The notes: generated by a model from the letters alone, not told the origin. 63,444 nt of DNA, filler included, from Welwitschia mirabilis (GCA_051453625.1; 6 parts of one record of this genome joined end to end with filler, not necessarily neighbours in it); one strand, 5' to 3'; counted from the whole stretch's first letter, positions 1 to 14,300 are shown. A program made the numbers and translations.

Positions 1-114
1 AATTATGACATTCGGATCACTCCATCTATACTAGCGTGTTGTATTTTGCATCTTATTATAATTAACAGGATTGAAATGGAAACATGAACTATTGAATAAA
101 TACACACCACAACA
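1..114 (+). repeat. 3' end of an Athila-like gypsy LTR (runs off window start)
   Basis: gacattcggatcactcc...tactag.gtg...ataaatacacaccacaaca matches the 3' ends of the LTRs ending at 3333, 22511 and 25917; ends in CA. Confidence 0.75.
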
Positions 115-3100
115 ATTACACAAATATCAATATTTATGTTAAGGAGAAGGGATCAAATTAATACAAAACATAATTTTATTATGAATAAGATGCAAGTTTA
201 TCATACCTTAAGATGTAAGAAGGATATCATTTCTATAAAGATGTGGAGACAGATATGCATGACTTAGATGATATTACTCATGATCAAGATGTTTTATGTC
301 TTTCATATGCTTCAAGACATTACTATTAGTGAAGAGAAAGGGGAAATGAAGCTACATTTTAATGGTTCAATTCTAAAAATAGAAGAGTCCAACATTGTTC
401 AGCACACATTCTTAGTTGTCAGCTGATGTCCTCAAATTGAAAGAGAACTTAATGGTATAAAGAATTGGCTAAAAAATGCATATAAAGATCCCTTTACCAG
501 TGCTCAATGGTCATTACTAGAGTAATCATTAATCAATGAGTTTAACACTAGAGTTATGCTATCAATGTCATGTCTATCATTGTTTTCTATAGATAAGTAT
601 CATATTCTTGCATGAAGAGCTAAGGATGTTAACTTGTATGAGTTTGTAAAGCATCTTTTAAGATATAAAAATGGAAGATGTGGCCCTCATCCAAAATTTT
701 GATAAGTACTTCCTCATTTATTTTATTCTTTTATGAATTTAATGGAACAAAATTCAAATCCTTCAAAATTATTTTTCATTTTAGGTATTATATTTTCAAC
801 ATGATTATGAAACATAGGGCACTTAGGTCTATAATAATGTTCTTCAAAAATAACATAACTAATTCATCTATCATAATAGAGGAACTATGTGAACAAATGA
901 ACAATTATCCATCAATACAAATAGTAGATAACTTAATGAAATATGAAAGCTCTCTAAGAGGCACATCTTCTTATTGGAAAAAAAATCAAATGTGAGCTAT
1001 TAGATATGGTTACCTAGCTTGGAACGCCTACAATATTCATTATTTTAAGTGCTATAAATATATATTGGTCTAATTTGCATGATATCATGTCTAGTGAGTA
1101 ATCATAGCATTCGTCTAAAGCTAGATAATGGTGATTGAAAAACATCATTGAAAACCCACACATTATCTTAGAGTACATGTACAATCATCATAAAAAATGT
1201 AGAGAGGTAATTATTATAAAGAAATTTAATGTTGTAGACTACTAGACATAATTTGAGTGAAAACATAAAAGTTCTTTACATGTACATGGAATTTTATGGA
1301 TAATAACATAGAATGGCTTAACTAAAGTGCTAATACAGTAGTGAAAAATGCTAAGAAATTTTCTAATTCCATCACTCATGCATGAAATGATAGATTTGAT
1401 GAACGTGATAGACTTAATGCTAGAAGTAAAAGTTGTATCTTCTTTACTACATGTTTAGTTAATTACTGTTGCGACACCAACTTATGGATATTTGATAGGG
1501 TATTATGGGTTGTTTTGTAGATAAAATAACAGATAAATGCTTAGTTCTTATGACAATAGAGAATCAAGAAGAATAAGATAAAAAACATGTAATTATCAGA
1601 TAATTCACAAGTATTTCATGCAGATACAGATAAGTACTATTTTGGATCATGATTCTTGCAGATGACAAAGCAATCCCACTGACTGAAGATAAAGAAAAGA
1701 CCATCCTCCCCACCGTCATTCACATGACATTTAAGACGACAACTCCAATTGAGCAATAAATAAAGTTCTTTCAAGATAACTTCTAGTTAAACTGAAGATC
1801 TTACTATCAGATATCATCATCCATATCATCATCTAGATGACACTAGTAGATGACATCTTGAAAACCAGTCAATAATAGTTCATATGTAGTCTGACAACCA
1901 GATAAACTGAAGTAAAACTAGAGTTCCAATTATTGATCCTCATCATCTCCTACTTCATCCAGACGATCATCGAGATGACACTGTTTTCTCATAGTTTTAC
2001 AAAATTTTTTCTCAAGTTGTCGCCTCTTTATTGTGACTTTATTATGCATGTTAGCTAGGATTTCTCCTTTACTTTTCTATCAGTTCCCTTTCCCTTTTTG
2101 TCTATAAATAAAGATCTCTCCCTCGATCCCTACTCATCTTGACAGTACTTGAAATTCTCGTGACAGGAGATCTTGGGACCGGAAAACCATCTTATAATCC
2201 AGAGAGATATTACCTTGGTGTTGGGCAGCGTATCCTCCATTGAGGAATGATTACTTTGTGATACAGATGTCTTTTATAATTTTTAATATGAATTNNNNNN
2301 NNNNNNNNNNNNNNNNNNNNNNNNNNNNNNNNNNNNNNNNNNNNNNNNNNNNNNNNNNNNNNNNNNNNNNNNNNNNNNNNNNNNNNNNNNNNNNNNNNNN
2401 NNNNNNNNNNNNNNNNNNNNNNNNNNNNNNNNNNNNNNNNNNNNNNNNNNNNNNNNNNNNNNNNNNNNNNNNNNNNNNNNNNNNNNNNNNNNNNNNNNNN
2501 NNNNNNNNNNNNNNNNNNNNNNNNNNNNNNNNNNNNNNNNNNNNNNNNNNNNNNNNNNNNNNNNNNNNNNNNNNNNNNNNNNNNNNNNNNNNNNNNNNNN
2601 NNNNNNNNNNNNNNNNNNNNNNNNNNNNNNNNNNNNNNNNNNNNNNNNNNNNNNNNNNNNNNNNNNNNNNNNNNNNNNNNNNNNNNNNNNNNNNNNNNNN
2701 NNNNNNNNNNNNNNNNNNNNNNNNNNNNNNNNNNNNNNNNNNNNNNNNNNNNNNNNNNNNNNNNNNNNNNNNNNNNNNNNNNNNNNNNNNNNNNNNNNNN
2801 NNNNNNNNNNNNNNNNNNNNNNNNNNNNNNNNNNNNNNNNNNNNNNNNNNNNNNNNNNNNNNNNNNNNNNNNNNNNNNNNNNNNNNNNNNNNNNNNNNNN
2901 NNNNNNNNNNNNNNNNNNNNNNNNNNNNNNNNNNNNNNNNNNNNNNNNNNNNNNNNNNNNNNNNNNNNNNNNNNNNNNNNNNNNNNNNNNNNNNNNNNNN
3001 NNNNNNNNNNNNNNNNNNNNNNNNNNNNNNNNNNNNNNNNNNNNNNNNNNNNNNNNNNNNNNNNNNNNNNNNNNNNNNNNNNNNNNNNNNNNNNNNNNNN

Positions 3101-5631
3101 NNNNNNNNNNNNNNNNNNNNNNNNNNNNNNNNNNNNNNNNNNNNNNNNNNNNNNNNNNNNNNCATATTTCTTTCTTGAAATCAACTCTTTATTATCCATA
3201 CTATTGGCCTTCGATGGAATTACGACATTCAGATCACTCTGATTATACTAGTATGCTATATTTGTGCATCTTATTTGTAATTAACGAGATTTAAATCAAG
3301 GTGTGAAACCTTGCATAAATTTGCACTGCAACAATTACACTGTTTTATTTTTTATAATAATTTTTAATCCTGTAGGTCCCAAGAAGAAACATGAGTCTTA
3401 GTTCATATTAATTACAAAAAGAGGATCTTAAACATATGCAACTAGAGCAAAATTACAGAATCTTATTAAACAATGTCAAAAGACATACGGTTTGTAAGCT
3501 TGTAGCATGTTTGAGAAAATGAAATGAATGACAAATGTACACATACCGATATACTACTATACTTTTAACACAATAAATATCTTCAAACTATAGATACTAA
3601 TGCTTATTAATTCATGTAGATGTAATATTTTATGGAATTTAAAACCTTATGATTCTAGGTTATATATAGATGAAAATAATGAGAAGAAGTATAAGCTAAG
3701 GATAAATGGTGATAGGTTAAATTTTCATAATAGAATAATTTTACAAACATGGTGGATGAATATAGAATTTCAACCTCTCCTTGATAAATATGTTACTATA
3801 TAGTATATTGCAAATTATGCCTCAAAGTTAGAAAAGAAGTCAAAGTCATATTTTTACACATTAATGAAGCTATCACAAGATAGAAATCCTAGTAAGTCTA
3901 CCATTTGAGCTTACAAAAGACTAATGATGGATACTATAGTAGATCACGATATTAGAGGTATGGAAACATTCCACATGTTACAAGGACTTTTCTTGGTTAA
4001 AAGTAGTATGATATTTGTATCACTTAATGTATTTAAGAAGGTCTATAAAAAAGTGAGACAAAGCCATGTTGTGGATGAAGAACGTGTGTATATCATGTTG
4101 GTAGATTAGTATCCAAATAGACCAATGTATATGGAAGGCATATCATTATTCAATTATATAAAATAATACATATTCAATCTAAGAAAAATAGAAAATGATG
4201 CCTGACATCCTAGAAAGAAATCTGCAATTGTCAGAGCTATTCCTAGACTTCATATATAATCTAATAAAGATGATAATAAATGAATGGATTATTATTGGGC
4301 TTGGCTACTGCATTATTTATTTAAAGATATTAAAAGTGATTTAGAAAAAATATATGAAGAAATAAAGGCTAAATGGATGTTTTTTACACATATGTATGAG
4401 CAGTGTAGTCCATCACATGATGATGATTTTGAATATGCAATCATTGAGGAGGATCACCATTAAAACGTGGAACCATTACATGTGGAACATTATGAAAATG
4501 ATTATCAAGTATTAATAAACATCTACTAAATGAAGGCCTACTTTAGAGAAGTAAACATGATATGCTTGGCTTGTGTACTCTTCCTAGATAACGTAATTGG
4601 TCTATAAACTATAAAGGGGAAAACCTTATGAAATATTTCATTTCCTTTGTTTAAAGTAATAGGATATCACATAATTTATTGATCCTAGATGAAAAAAATC
4701 AAATTACTACCTATCTAGCCTTGGTATAAAATAAAAAAAGTGCTTCACCATACTCATATCTCATTTTATGCTATACGAATTTGAGAAAGAAGAGATCCAA
4801 CCTCTATGCATGATAATATAAGGAATAGCAAGATCAAAAAAATCTTTTCTCAATCATTCTATAAGCAATGAATTTAAGAAGATGTGTTCAAACAACATAG
4901 ATATTATTAAAGTCATAACATACAACATCAACAGGATAACAATACATTTAGTATTGGGTATTAGGATTGGTAACTATGAGCTTGCTTTATTAAGACAGTT
5001 GCTACATTTTCAAGAATGGCTAAGAAATGTCAATTACATTGTTTTTGATGAGTTGAGTTTTATAAGTAATAAGATGTTACTTAATATCAATAAAAGACTT
5101 AAAGAGATATTTCTAGCTCACTAACAAATGAGTTTTAGTGGAAGGTCTATCATATTAATAGGTGATCTTACATAGTTACCTTCAATGAAGGATTGTTCAT
5201 CATATAATGGTAGTAAGAAAACTAAGGTACTATGAAGATCATTTAATACTATTATTGTATTAGATGTAGTTTATAGTTAAATTAGTGATAATCCAAATCA
5301 GTAAAGGTTTTAAAATGTTTTGATGAATGTAAGAACTAGTAAAGCTTTAAATGATGATTATGAATTTCTAATGGCTAATTCTAAACTTACTTCTACATCC
5401 AATGGAATGGGTGCTTTCTAAGATTTAGTTCATCTATTTCGCATGAATGATATGATTTCCTCTTATAACAAAAAATACTTGCTTCAAATGCAATTACCAA
5501 TTGCATGATATATAAAAGATAATACACAAGATTCAGTTAGATATGATGACAGTTGCTGTGAATTAGAAATAGAGCTTCTTTTTTGTGAAGAAGGTATGGT
5601 CATATTGACTATGAATATATTGTTCCAAAGA
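115..5631 (+). mobile_element. Decayed Helitron-type rolling-circle element (Rep HUH endonuclease + PIF1 helicase pseudogene), split by an LTR at 1467-3333 and truncated by a copia LTR at 5632
   Basis: Hand translation across stops and frameshifts gives INEFNT (~530), KHLLRYKNGR..HPKF (~650), FNMIMKHRAL, LRGTSSYW, LGTPTIFIILSA..W (~1020), FE*KHKSSLHVHGILW (HUH, 1279-1287), RHTVC (~3480), WWMNIEFQP..YIANYASK (Y2 motif, 3804-3827), decayed Walker A GIARSKKSFL (~4822-4851), YIVFDELS (Walker B, ~5035-5058) and FSGRSIILIGDLT*LP (~5135-5180). Motif order matches Helitron RepHel. Confidence 0.88.
1467..3333 (+). mobile_element. Athila-like LTR, probable solo LTR, inserted in the Helitron Rep domain
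   Basis: Termini TGTTGC...GCAACA; 5-bp TSD ATTAC at 1462-1466 and 3334-3338; closely similar to the LTR at 24321-25917; contains an N-gap at 2295-3161. Confidence 0.85.
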
Positions 5632-8360
5632 TATTAGAAGTAAATGAGTTTCAATAATGAATACCAAGAAGATGTAGGATTAGATGAAACAATATCATGA
5701 ATACAAAATGCTAAGTTCAAGAGTCAATACATGTTGGGATGTCTAAATATTCCCACTAGACATTCATTTCCATCTATGGATATAAACAGAATAACTTTCA
5801 AAATGGGACATCTAATAGATTAGTCCAAGATATCTAATGAAGAAACTTAATATCCCTTGCAAAGTCAAAAGCAAAATATCTGAGTTTTTATCTAGGACAT
5901 CCAAGTGATTTTCACATCAAAAAATGTGGGACATCCAATTAGAGAAATATTACAAAAGAACTTTAGATTTGTTTGACCATCTAAACTATTGGTCTACAAT
6001 GTTTTTTCCAATGCATCACTTCTTTCAAGATAGACTACAACAACTATTTTGTAGAAAAAGTTTAAATAGAATGCACTTAATCATATCTTGTGTAACTGTA
6101 CTTACATTATATCATCTTGTATTCAAAGAGAACTACTTTGATCTAAATTAGCTATCATGTTCATATATATTCCATAGTGTTAATGTACTATGCATTATTA
6201 AGAAACTTGTACTATCCTGTCTTTTTCTAGATGTGAAGAAGAAAAAGAGGATATTATGTAGATCTATTAAATTAATAGAACTAGGAGGCTGGTAGCAGTT
6301 GCTGTCCTTGAAAATGAAGTAGACAGATTGCCAAACCATGATAAATTCTAGTGCCTTCATCTTTAGCATTTCCTTTTACTAAAGTTTCAGTTTTCCTTTG
6401 TGATCTTAAGGCTATTTGTAATTAATTTTTCAATACCCTATTTACACCCCTCCTCTAGAGTATATTTCGATTCCAACAATTGGTATCCAAGATTGATTGC
6501 TCTAGATTAGTCCCTTTTCCTTTTTTTGTGGTTAGTTTAGATCTATGGAATGGCATCATTAAGCTTTACTAAAGGTCAATTAATCTCTAGATCTCCACTC
6601 TTCTTTGGAAACAACTATGCATACTGGAACTTGAATATGATAATATTTCTTACATCTCTTAATGTGGACATTGCGAGATAGTTATAAAGAAATACCAGCC
6701 CCTAATAATGATAGATGCAAATGGAGATATCTCCCATAAGCCTCAAGACAACTAGGATCCAGATGACAAGAAGCAAACTTGGTTAAATGCTCAAGCCATG
6801 AATATTATAATATGTGCTCTTGCTCTAGAAGAATAAGATCATGTTGTTCAATGTACTATGGCATAAGAAATGTAGGAAACTATGAATATAACTCATGAAG
6901 AAATAAACATAGTTAAGAACACCAAGCTATAATTACTAAGAACCAAATTCGAGAACATCAAGATAGAGAACTCAGAAATAGTTGCTAAATACATTACCAA
7001 GGTTATCAACATTATAAATAACATGTAAGAACTTGCCAAAAATCTTCCAGAGAATAAAATAGTATGTGAGATCTTGAGAAGTCTAACAAAAAATTTCAAG
7101 CCCAAAGTAAGAGCCATTAAAGAGAGCAAAGACATTGATACTATTAGAGTAGAAGAGCTAAAAGGATCACTCATGGCCTATGAAGCCACCCTCTTGCCAA
7201 AATATGAAGCTCCTAAGAAAAGAAGCATAGCTCCCAAAGTTAGTGAGAAAATCAGAGAGGACTAATCATCCAAAGAAGTTAAAGATGAGGATCTAGCCTT
7301 ACTTACTTGAGACTTCAAGAAATTTTTGAAAATGAAGAAGGAAGGAAGACTACTCAAAATATCATTAAAACATGGAAACAAAAAGAGTAAGAAAATTTCT
7401 AATTCAATTCAATGTTTTGAATGTAAAGGATTTAGTCATCCAGGCTTAGAGTGTGCTAATAAAAGAAAGGAGAGAAGCTTAAAAGAAAAGGAGAAAATAC
7501 TTTAAAGGCAACATGGAATGATTTTGATGGAGAATAATCTAACTCCAATGATGATGAAGAGGTACTAAATTTAGGATTGATATATTTCATTGATGATGAT
7601 TCTAACCTTGGACTCATAGCTTCAAAAGAAGATTAGTACAACGATTAGGTATGATTAAAAAGTGATTACAAAGAATGTTTTGGGTTAGATTATGATGATC
7701 TAATTGATGATTATAAAAGGTTGTACATTGTTAGTATTAGCTTAGGATAAAAAAATGTTCTTATAAAAAAACAAACTAATAAACTTGAAAGAAAGTTAAT
7801 TGAAGCTAACAATAGAATAGAAAAATTATTCAAAGACTTGCAAGATGTAGAAAGGATTACCAAACGCTTAGTACAAGGAAAATAAAATCTAAACAAGCTC
7901 TTAGGAAGTGGAATATCTCCATTTGATAAATCAAAACTTGGAAGCCATTCAAGTATGTCTACTTCATTTTAGAATTTTTAGTCCAGTATAATAATTCAAT
8001 CAAATAGAAAAATGAGTTTGAGATGCTTCTTCTGTAATAAAATTAATCATGTTCAAGTTTTCTATCAAGTTTTCTATCCATACAAAAATTCTTTCTTCTT
8101 TAGTTATGCTCATAATTTTCACTTTAAAAATAGATTCCTTTAGGAATAAGAAAAACAAAATGAAATGGGTTAAGAAAAACTTGATACCTACCTTATTTAC
8201 TCATGCTATCTTTAAAGTTTAGGGAAAAACTAAGTGGTATCTTGNNNNNNNNNNACTGAAAACAAATGTCTATTTAGTTTCTTTCAAGACTATGATGGGA
8301 ACGAAGTCACTTTTGAAGATAATGGAAAAGGACACATTATAGGAAAAGGATCAATAACTA
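5632..8360 (+). mobile_element. SIRE-like Ty1/copia fragment: 5' LTR (5632-6478), PBS, gag and start of protease; pseudogenised
   Basis: LTR begins TATTAGAA (decayed TGTTGGAA) and ends TTCCAACA, preceded by the SIRE-type signal ctatttacacccctcctctag. PBS ttggtatccaag at 6480 is tRNA-iMet-like. Gag reads GQLISRSPLFFGNNYAYW, LRSLTKNFKPKVRAIKESKD and zinc knuckle CFECKGFSH..EC (~7410). Protease WYL at ~8236, then VTFEDNGKGHIIGKG. Confidence 0.85.
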
Positions 8361-11300
8361 TGTTGTGATGCATATTTATACAATGTTACATCCTTAGTAA
8401 AGTTAAATAATGTCAATTACAAATATAATACACAAACATAACACACTAATATAAATGAGAGTTAATCCAAATGTTATAATTCATCAAAGGCTAAAGTAGG
8501 AAATAAGCAAGTTACTTTCCACAAAGAAATGCTTATACTCTAATATACAAAAATAACTTGCAATGCATGAAAGTAAAATACAACACACTTGTGAAAAGCT
8601 AATCTAGGAAAAAGAAATAACAATGCACCTAACCTAAACTAACCAAGCACAACCTTGACGAAGGTTGTCATTATAACCTATATTACTAAGGAAACTATTA
8701 CTGGATTAGTAGTAACATAAGCTATAAGGATGAGGAACAATCATATATTGAAATCAGAAAAAGAAGTATTTGTATTGAGTTTTTAACTACATTTGTGTTA
8801 TAAAGTATTTGCATCTCAATCGAAAAAATTCCATCCAACACTAAGCAGAATGTCTCTTTGCAACTACAAGAATGGAACTCTAGCCCTTTAATCTCCTATC
8901 ATAAGAATTGTAGATGAAAATGAAGACAAACACGAGTTAAGAGTGATATCACAATTTATTAACATACACACATAAAAGAAAATAGATAGAAGGGTGTGGG
9001 TAAAACTTTAACAACTGTGCCAAGAAAAACCAACATATATGTGGTAGAGGTTAGGTGATTGTTTATTGCAAATATTACAACAGTGTTAACTGACTAATCA
9101 TCTAGACAATATTGAAGATGATGCCATCTCACAAAAGATCCACCTCAGCTGTCAAAAAGATTACAGTTAGCATCCCATTAGCATGAACTATTTGGNNNNN
9201 NNNNNNNNNNNNNNNNNNNNNNNNNNNNNNNNNNNNNNNNNNNNNNNNNNNNNNNNNNNNNNNNNNNNNNNNNNNNNNNNNNNNNNNNNNNNNNNNNNNN
9301 NNNNNNNNNNNNNNNNNNNNNNNNNNNNNNNNNNNNNNNNNNNNNNNNNNNNNNNNNNNNNNNNNNNNNNNNNNNNNNNNNNNNNNNNNNNNNNNNNNNN
9401 NNNNNNNNNNNNNNNNNNNNNNNNNNNNNNNNNNNNNNNNNNNNNNNNNNNNNNNNNNNNNNNNNNNNNNNNNNNNNNNNNNNNNNNNNNNNNNNNNNNN
9501 NNNNNNNNNNNNNNNNNNNNNNNNNNNNNNNNNNNNNNNNNNNNNNNNNNNNNNNNNNNNNNNNNNNTCAATAGAGGTACATACTGGATCTTGAAGGATT
9601 AAAAAAATTGAACATTTCACTTGCTGAAAGCTTAGCTAGTTGGTTATTGGGGTTGTCGTCCAAACAATGAAAGGGACAATAGCCTCAGAAAAAGTTTTTA
9701 AAATCTAAAACCTATGATTAAATTTTTGTTTTTGCAGATAATTAGTAGATGTAATAAAATAACTCCCTACTAAATTAAGTAGTAAAGAATAAAAACTTGC
9801 CCAAGTAAAGTAAATCCTCATCATAACATGTAAAACGTTAAAATATAGACATGAAAAATTAGATGTAAATCAGTGCACCATGTTAGAAAAATAAAGTGTC
9901 GATAACATATCAAAAGAGAGTTTTCAGTATAGAAATGTATCAAAGGAAAGATACAAAATAACAATATAAAATCACTCCCCTTGTCTACATATAAGAAACT
10001 GTGGCTTAGCAGCTGACTTAGGAGTAGTAGAATAAGAAGGAGAATGCTCAGGATCTATGAGAAAATAGAGGTCCAAGGATGTGGAAATCGATCTAACCAT
10101 TTCATCACCTTGGACACATACAACCTTAGGAATTTCTACTTTGACACTATATTAGCTGACACATGTCAATGATCTACTCCTCAGAGTGCTATATTCTCCT
10201 ATCAATAGATAGGATTCTCTACTAAAATGCTTACTATCTCTAATTAAGAGCTTAGATCCTCTGATATAATGACTGGATACCTTTGTCAATAAAACTTTTA
10301 ATGGTCTCAGTGATCTTAGCTAGAAGAGCTTATATTTGCTAAAGAGTAACTCCAATCGCAGGTCTCTATACCTGAGGTCTCTCTAGCTCTCTTAGAACCT
10401 ATATACCCATGTCCTGAAGTTAGCGAGCTGAGGTCTAAATGTATAATAAATGCTGCTGATCCATAGGCTCTGGTATCTAAAACCGTCTAAAGAGTACTGA
10501 GAGGAGGCATAGAAAACCAAGTGTCTAGAGCTATCATGCCTTTATCATGGATCTGATTATTCTCTAGATAGAGGTAGAAAGGTCCATCTGCTTTCCTTGT
10601 TTAAAAACTACCAATATCTATAGTTGTACTACCATAGTGTGACTATCATAAAAGGATGGATTGATGTAATGAATCAGCCCTTTGTGTAATACTCTATATG
10701 TGGGGTCCAGTTAAGTAACATTTGACCCCATTGATTAGTAGTGAGATTAGCTGGAATATCCAAAATGATGCCATATGCTCGACATGCCTCAGTCCCATCA
10801 GTTGAGTGAATATGCATGCTCCTAAGCCCACAAAGATCTATGATGAATGCAATATGGAATGGAAGAATGACTATCTCATGGTCCTATATGAATTCCACAA
10901 TCATATCCTATAGTTGACCATGAGCACCTGGTCGCCTCTTAATGTGCATGGTGTTATAGAACTTTCTTATCTCTGATATGTAATATGAACCATGCACATC
11001 TATAATATACTTGATCCATAAATATATTAGTCTCTAGTTTATGTTAGACTTGATACGGCTTATGAAATCACCAAAATGATACTCGACACATATGCTAGCT
11101 ATCTGTATAATCATGAAACATTAATATCGAGGTGGCGAATATGCAAGCTCTGCACGCTTTATCTCTGGCTCAACTAGAGGACCTACCTCTTACTCTATTA
11201 TCTTGGCCTTAGCCTCAACCTATCTAGTTCTATACATACAGGGCCTACTTAATTGCAAACACAGAAGACATCATGCGAAATAGAAAGACATGTCAAGATT

Positions 11301-14300
11301 ATCACATGGATGGGCAACAATGACTCCTAAAAATCAATAAAAACAAGAAAAAATATTGAAAATATGTCGTGCCACCCTTAAAAAGTTGTAATGCATCTCT
11401 AATTACCTAAATGTGTAAAGAAAAATAAAAGATACGCAAAAATTACAGAAACTATACTTTTAGTGGGCCCATGTGTAGTAAAAATTTAAAGTATTCAAAT
11501 AAAAAAAATCTAATCTAATAGAAGTGTAGAACACATTAAACTGATTAATTTTGCCTAAAGGACTACTACATTTTGACCTATACTTGGTGAGGAAACAAGT
11601 GTGAAAGGTGGAAAGTTGAAAATACCACGTAAAATGCAAAACTATTCATAACTCAAAAAATATAAATGAAATTCAAATCTATAAGTCCAAAATCAAAGAA
11701 AATGAAAACTTAAGTGATATACATAAAAACTACACATCGAAAGTCTGAAAAAAGAGAGAAAAAAGTGAAAAACAGGAGAAGAGAGAAACATACCTCATTT
11801 TTAAAAATTTACTAAAATCTGGTAAATCTGCACATGGAATCTAGTGGGGTAAGTTTTAGAATGCTGGTACAAGCTAAAGAAGTTGTCTTCTCTTAAATGA
11901 ATGGGTGAAAATAATAAATAAACAAGGAAAAAAATGAGGAAAAATGGTTTGAGTCATGGTTTTATCACATTATCGTCTGCTCACATTATCCAAATGGAAA
12001 CCTTAGGATGGTTCTTATAAAAAATTAGACGGTCATCCTCCTAGTGTCGTCTAGATGATCGGGTGGATGACAAGGCATGAAACGTTTTTCGAAAAGAGAA
12101 ATATCAACCAAGAAATTTAGGCTTGCATATGATTATTTAAGTATTAGTTTTGAAAAAAAAACTTAAAAAGATAGAAAAATCAGATAGAAAACCAAGAAAA
12201 TCAAAAGAAAAAGAACAAACACATAAGAAAGGAAAAAACTATAGCTAAAGAAAATAGACTATTTAGACTGAAAACCTATTAAGAAAAACAACATGAATGT
12301 GCCCGACTATAAAAGAAAAGCAAGATAAACTTAGAACTTTATAAGATACAAGGGAACTCATAAAAACTAGAAAAGGAAAAGATGTTTTTTTTTTTTTTAA
12401 TTTTTAAATACTTCTTGAAGAATGATATAACATGAAAGAATAACAAGGAAACTATTAAATGATTAAGGTTCTATAAAAGAACAAAAAAATGTGTAAATAA
12501 CTTTGAAATTCTAAACTTAAAAACTAAAGAAACATAGAGTGAAAATGGACATAAGAAACAAGGAGAAGATTTCTTATCTATCCTAAGCACTAACCTAGTG
12601 AACTCCCAAGGAAGAAATCATAAAGTCACCACATCAAATATGCATGACAAAATGTATATACTTCATAAAGTTCACTTAAAAAGGTAGTGATTAGGACGAT
12701 TTCCAAGCTTCAAGTATATAGAACAATGAATGTTAAAATCAAAAGTTACTTAGAAAAAAAACCTCACCAGCTCTCACTCGATAAACACACCTGAATATTC
12801 AAAAGTAAAATGACCAAGTGGGAACGCTAAGAGTCTAGAAAATAAACAATGTCTCTGATGATAAGAGGAATACTATTGATTCCACAGCCTCAAAGTTTAT
12901 TTATTTTTCTATGATAAGGGGAGTGCAACCACTATTAGAGGAGTAGGGACCCATGAAGCATAGCTAATTGACTTCCTAATGGCATTCCCATAGCTACCAA
13001 CACTACCACAAAAAAAATATATCCAGTAGGGTCGGATATCATGGNNNNNNNNNNNNNNNNNNNNNNNNNNNNNNNNNNNNNNNNNNNNNNNNNNNNNNNN
13101 NNNNNNNNNNNNNNNNNNNNNNNNNNNNNNNNNNNNNNNNNNNNAAAAATATATCCAGTATGGTAGGATATCATGGTAAACATGTATTTTTATTTAAATA
13201 TAAAATATAATAGATCATGGTCATTATTTCTCTTTCTCCATCCTTTTTTTTTTGTAAGAATTTCCATATGATCACATACTCAAAAATATGAAGGTAAAAA
13301 AGTGAGATAAATGACAGGAAAAAACACTCTAAATAATTCAAGATCTTAATGTCATTGAAAAAGGTACAATAAACTAAGGTATTTTCCTTTAAATAAAGTC
13401 CNNNNNNNNNNNNNNNNNNNNNNNNNNNNTGAATTCAATCTTACCACTATAAATGCCCAAGTATGAATACTAGTCATGAAACTTTATAAAGAAATACATA
13501 AGTTAAGTTTGAAAGATGATCAAGTAACCTCATAATATCAACCAAAGAAGTAGGCTAAAAAAGAACTCAGATACTAATAGGAAGAACGTTCTACTTATTA
13601 AGGGAAACCTCAAAAACAAGTACTTCTACTATGTTCATGATTGCATCTAAAGATCCTTCATATAATTTTAACCATTTCCCATTAACCTTCTGAATCTCTT
13701 TAGTATCTAAGTTTAAAATCTTAACTGAGCTACTAAGATATACTTTCTCTATAAGATAAGGACCTAATCATTTAGAGATCAACTTATTATTCAAAAGAAG
13801 AACTCTAGTGTTGTATAACAAATAATTTGACTAGGTTTAAACATTTTATGAAATATCTTTTTGTCATGTTTGAACTTTTCTTGAGCCTTATGGATTAATT
13901 CACAATGTATGGTACGAGTTCATTTTTCGTCAAGATGATCTAATTGGACTAATCTATATTTAATATTTTTATAAAAATCCATAAGATTAAGTTAATAAGA
14001 TGCATGATAAAAATTATAAGACACATCAATAAGTAATATATAAACTCTACCATACACAAATTCATAAGGTGAAAATCCAAGAGAAGTACCCCAAGTAGTA
14101 TGATAAGATCAAAGTACATCATTAAGTTTGGAAGTCCAATACTTTTTATTAATAAAGACAAGTTTTTATAACATTTTATTTATTTATTTGTTGGCATTTT
14201 TAGCTTATCCATTAGTTTGAGAATGATAAGCATAAGCATAAGATACTATATATTCTATAATAATAGACAAAAGAAGTTTTCTAAAAATTTGATTAATGAA

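Noticed and set aside
2210..3199. Long ORFs in the track made mostly of X (also near 9129, 25467, 41531, 56205, 60172)
   Set aside because: They are open only because they run through N-gaps.
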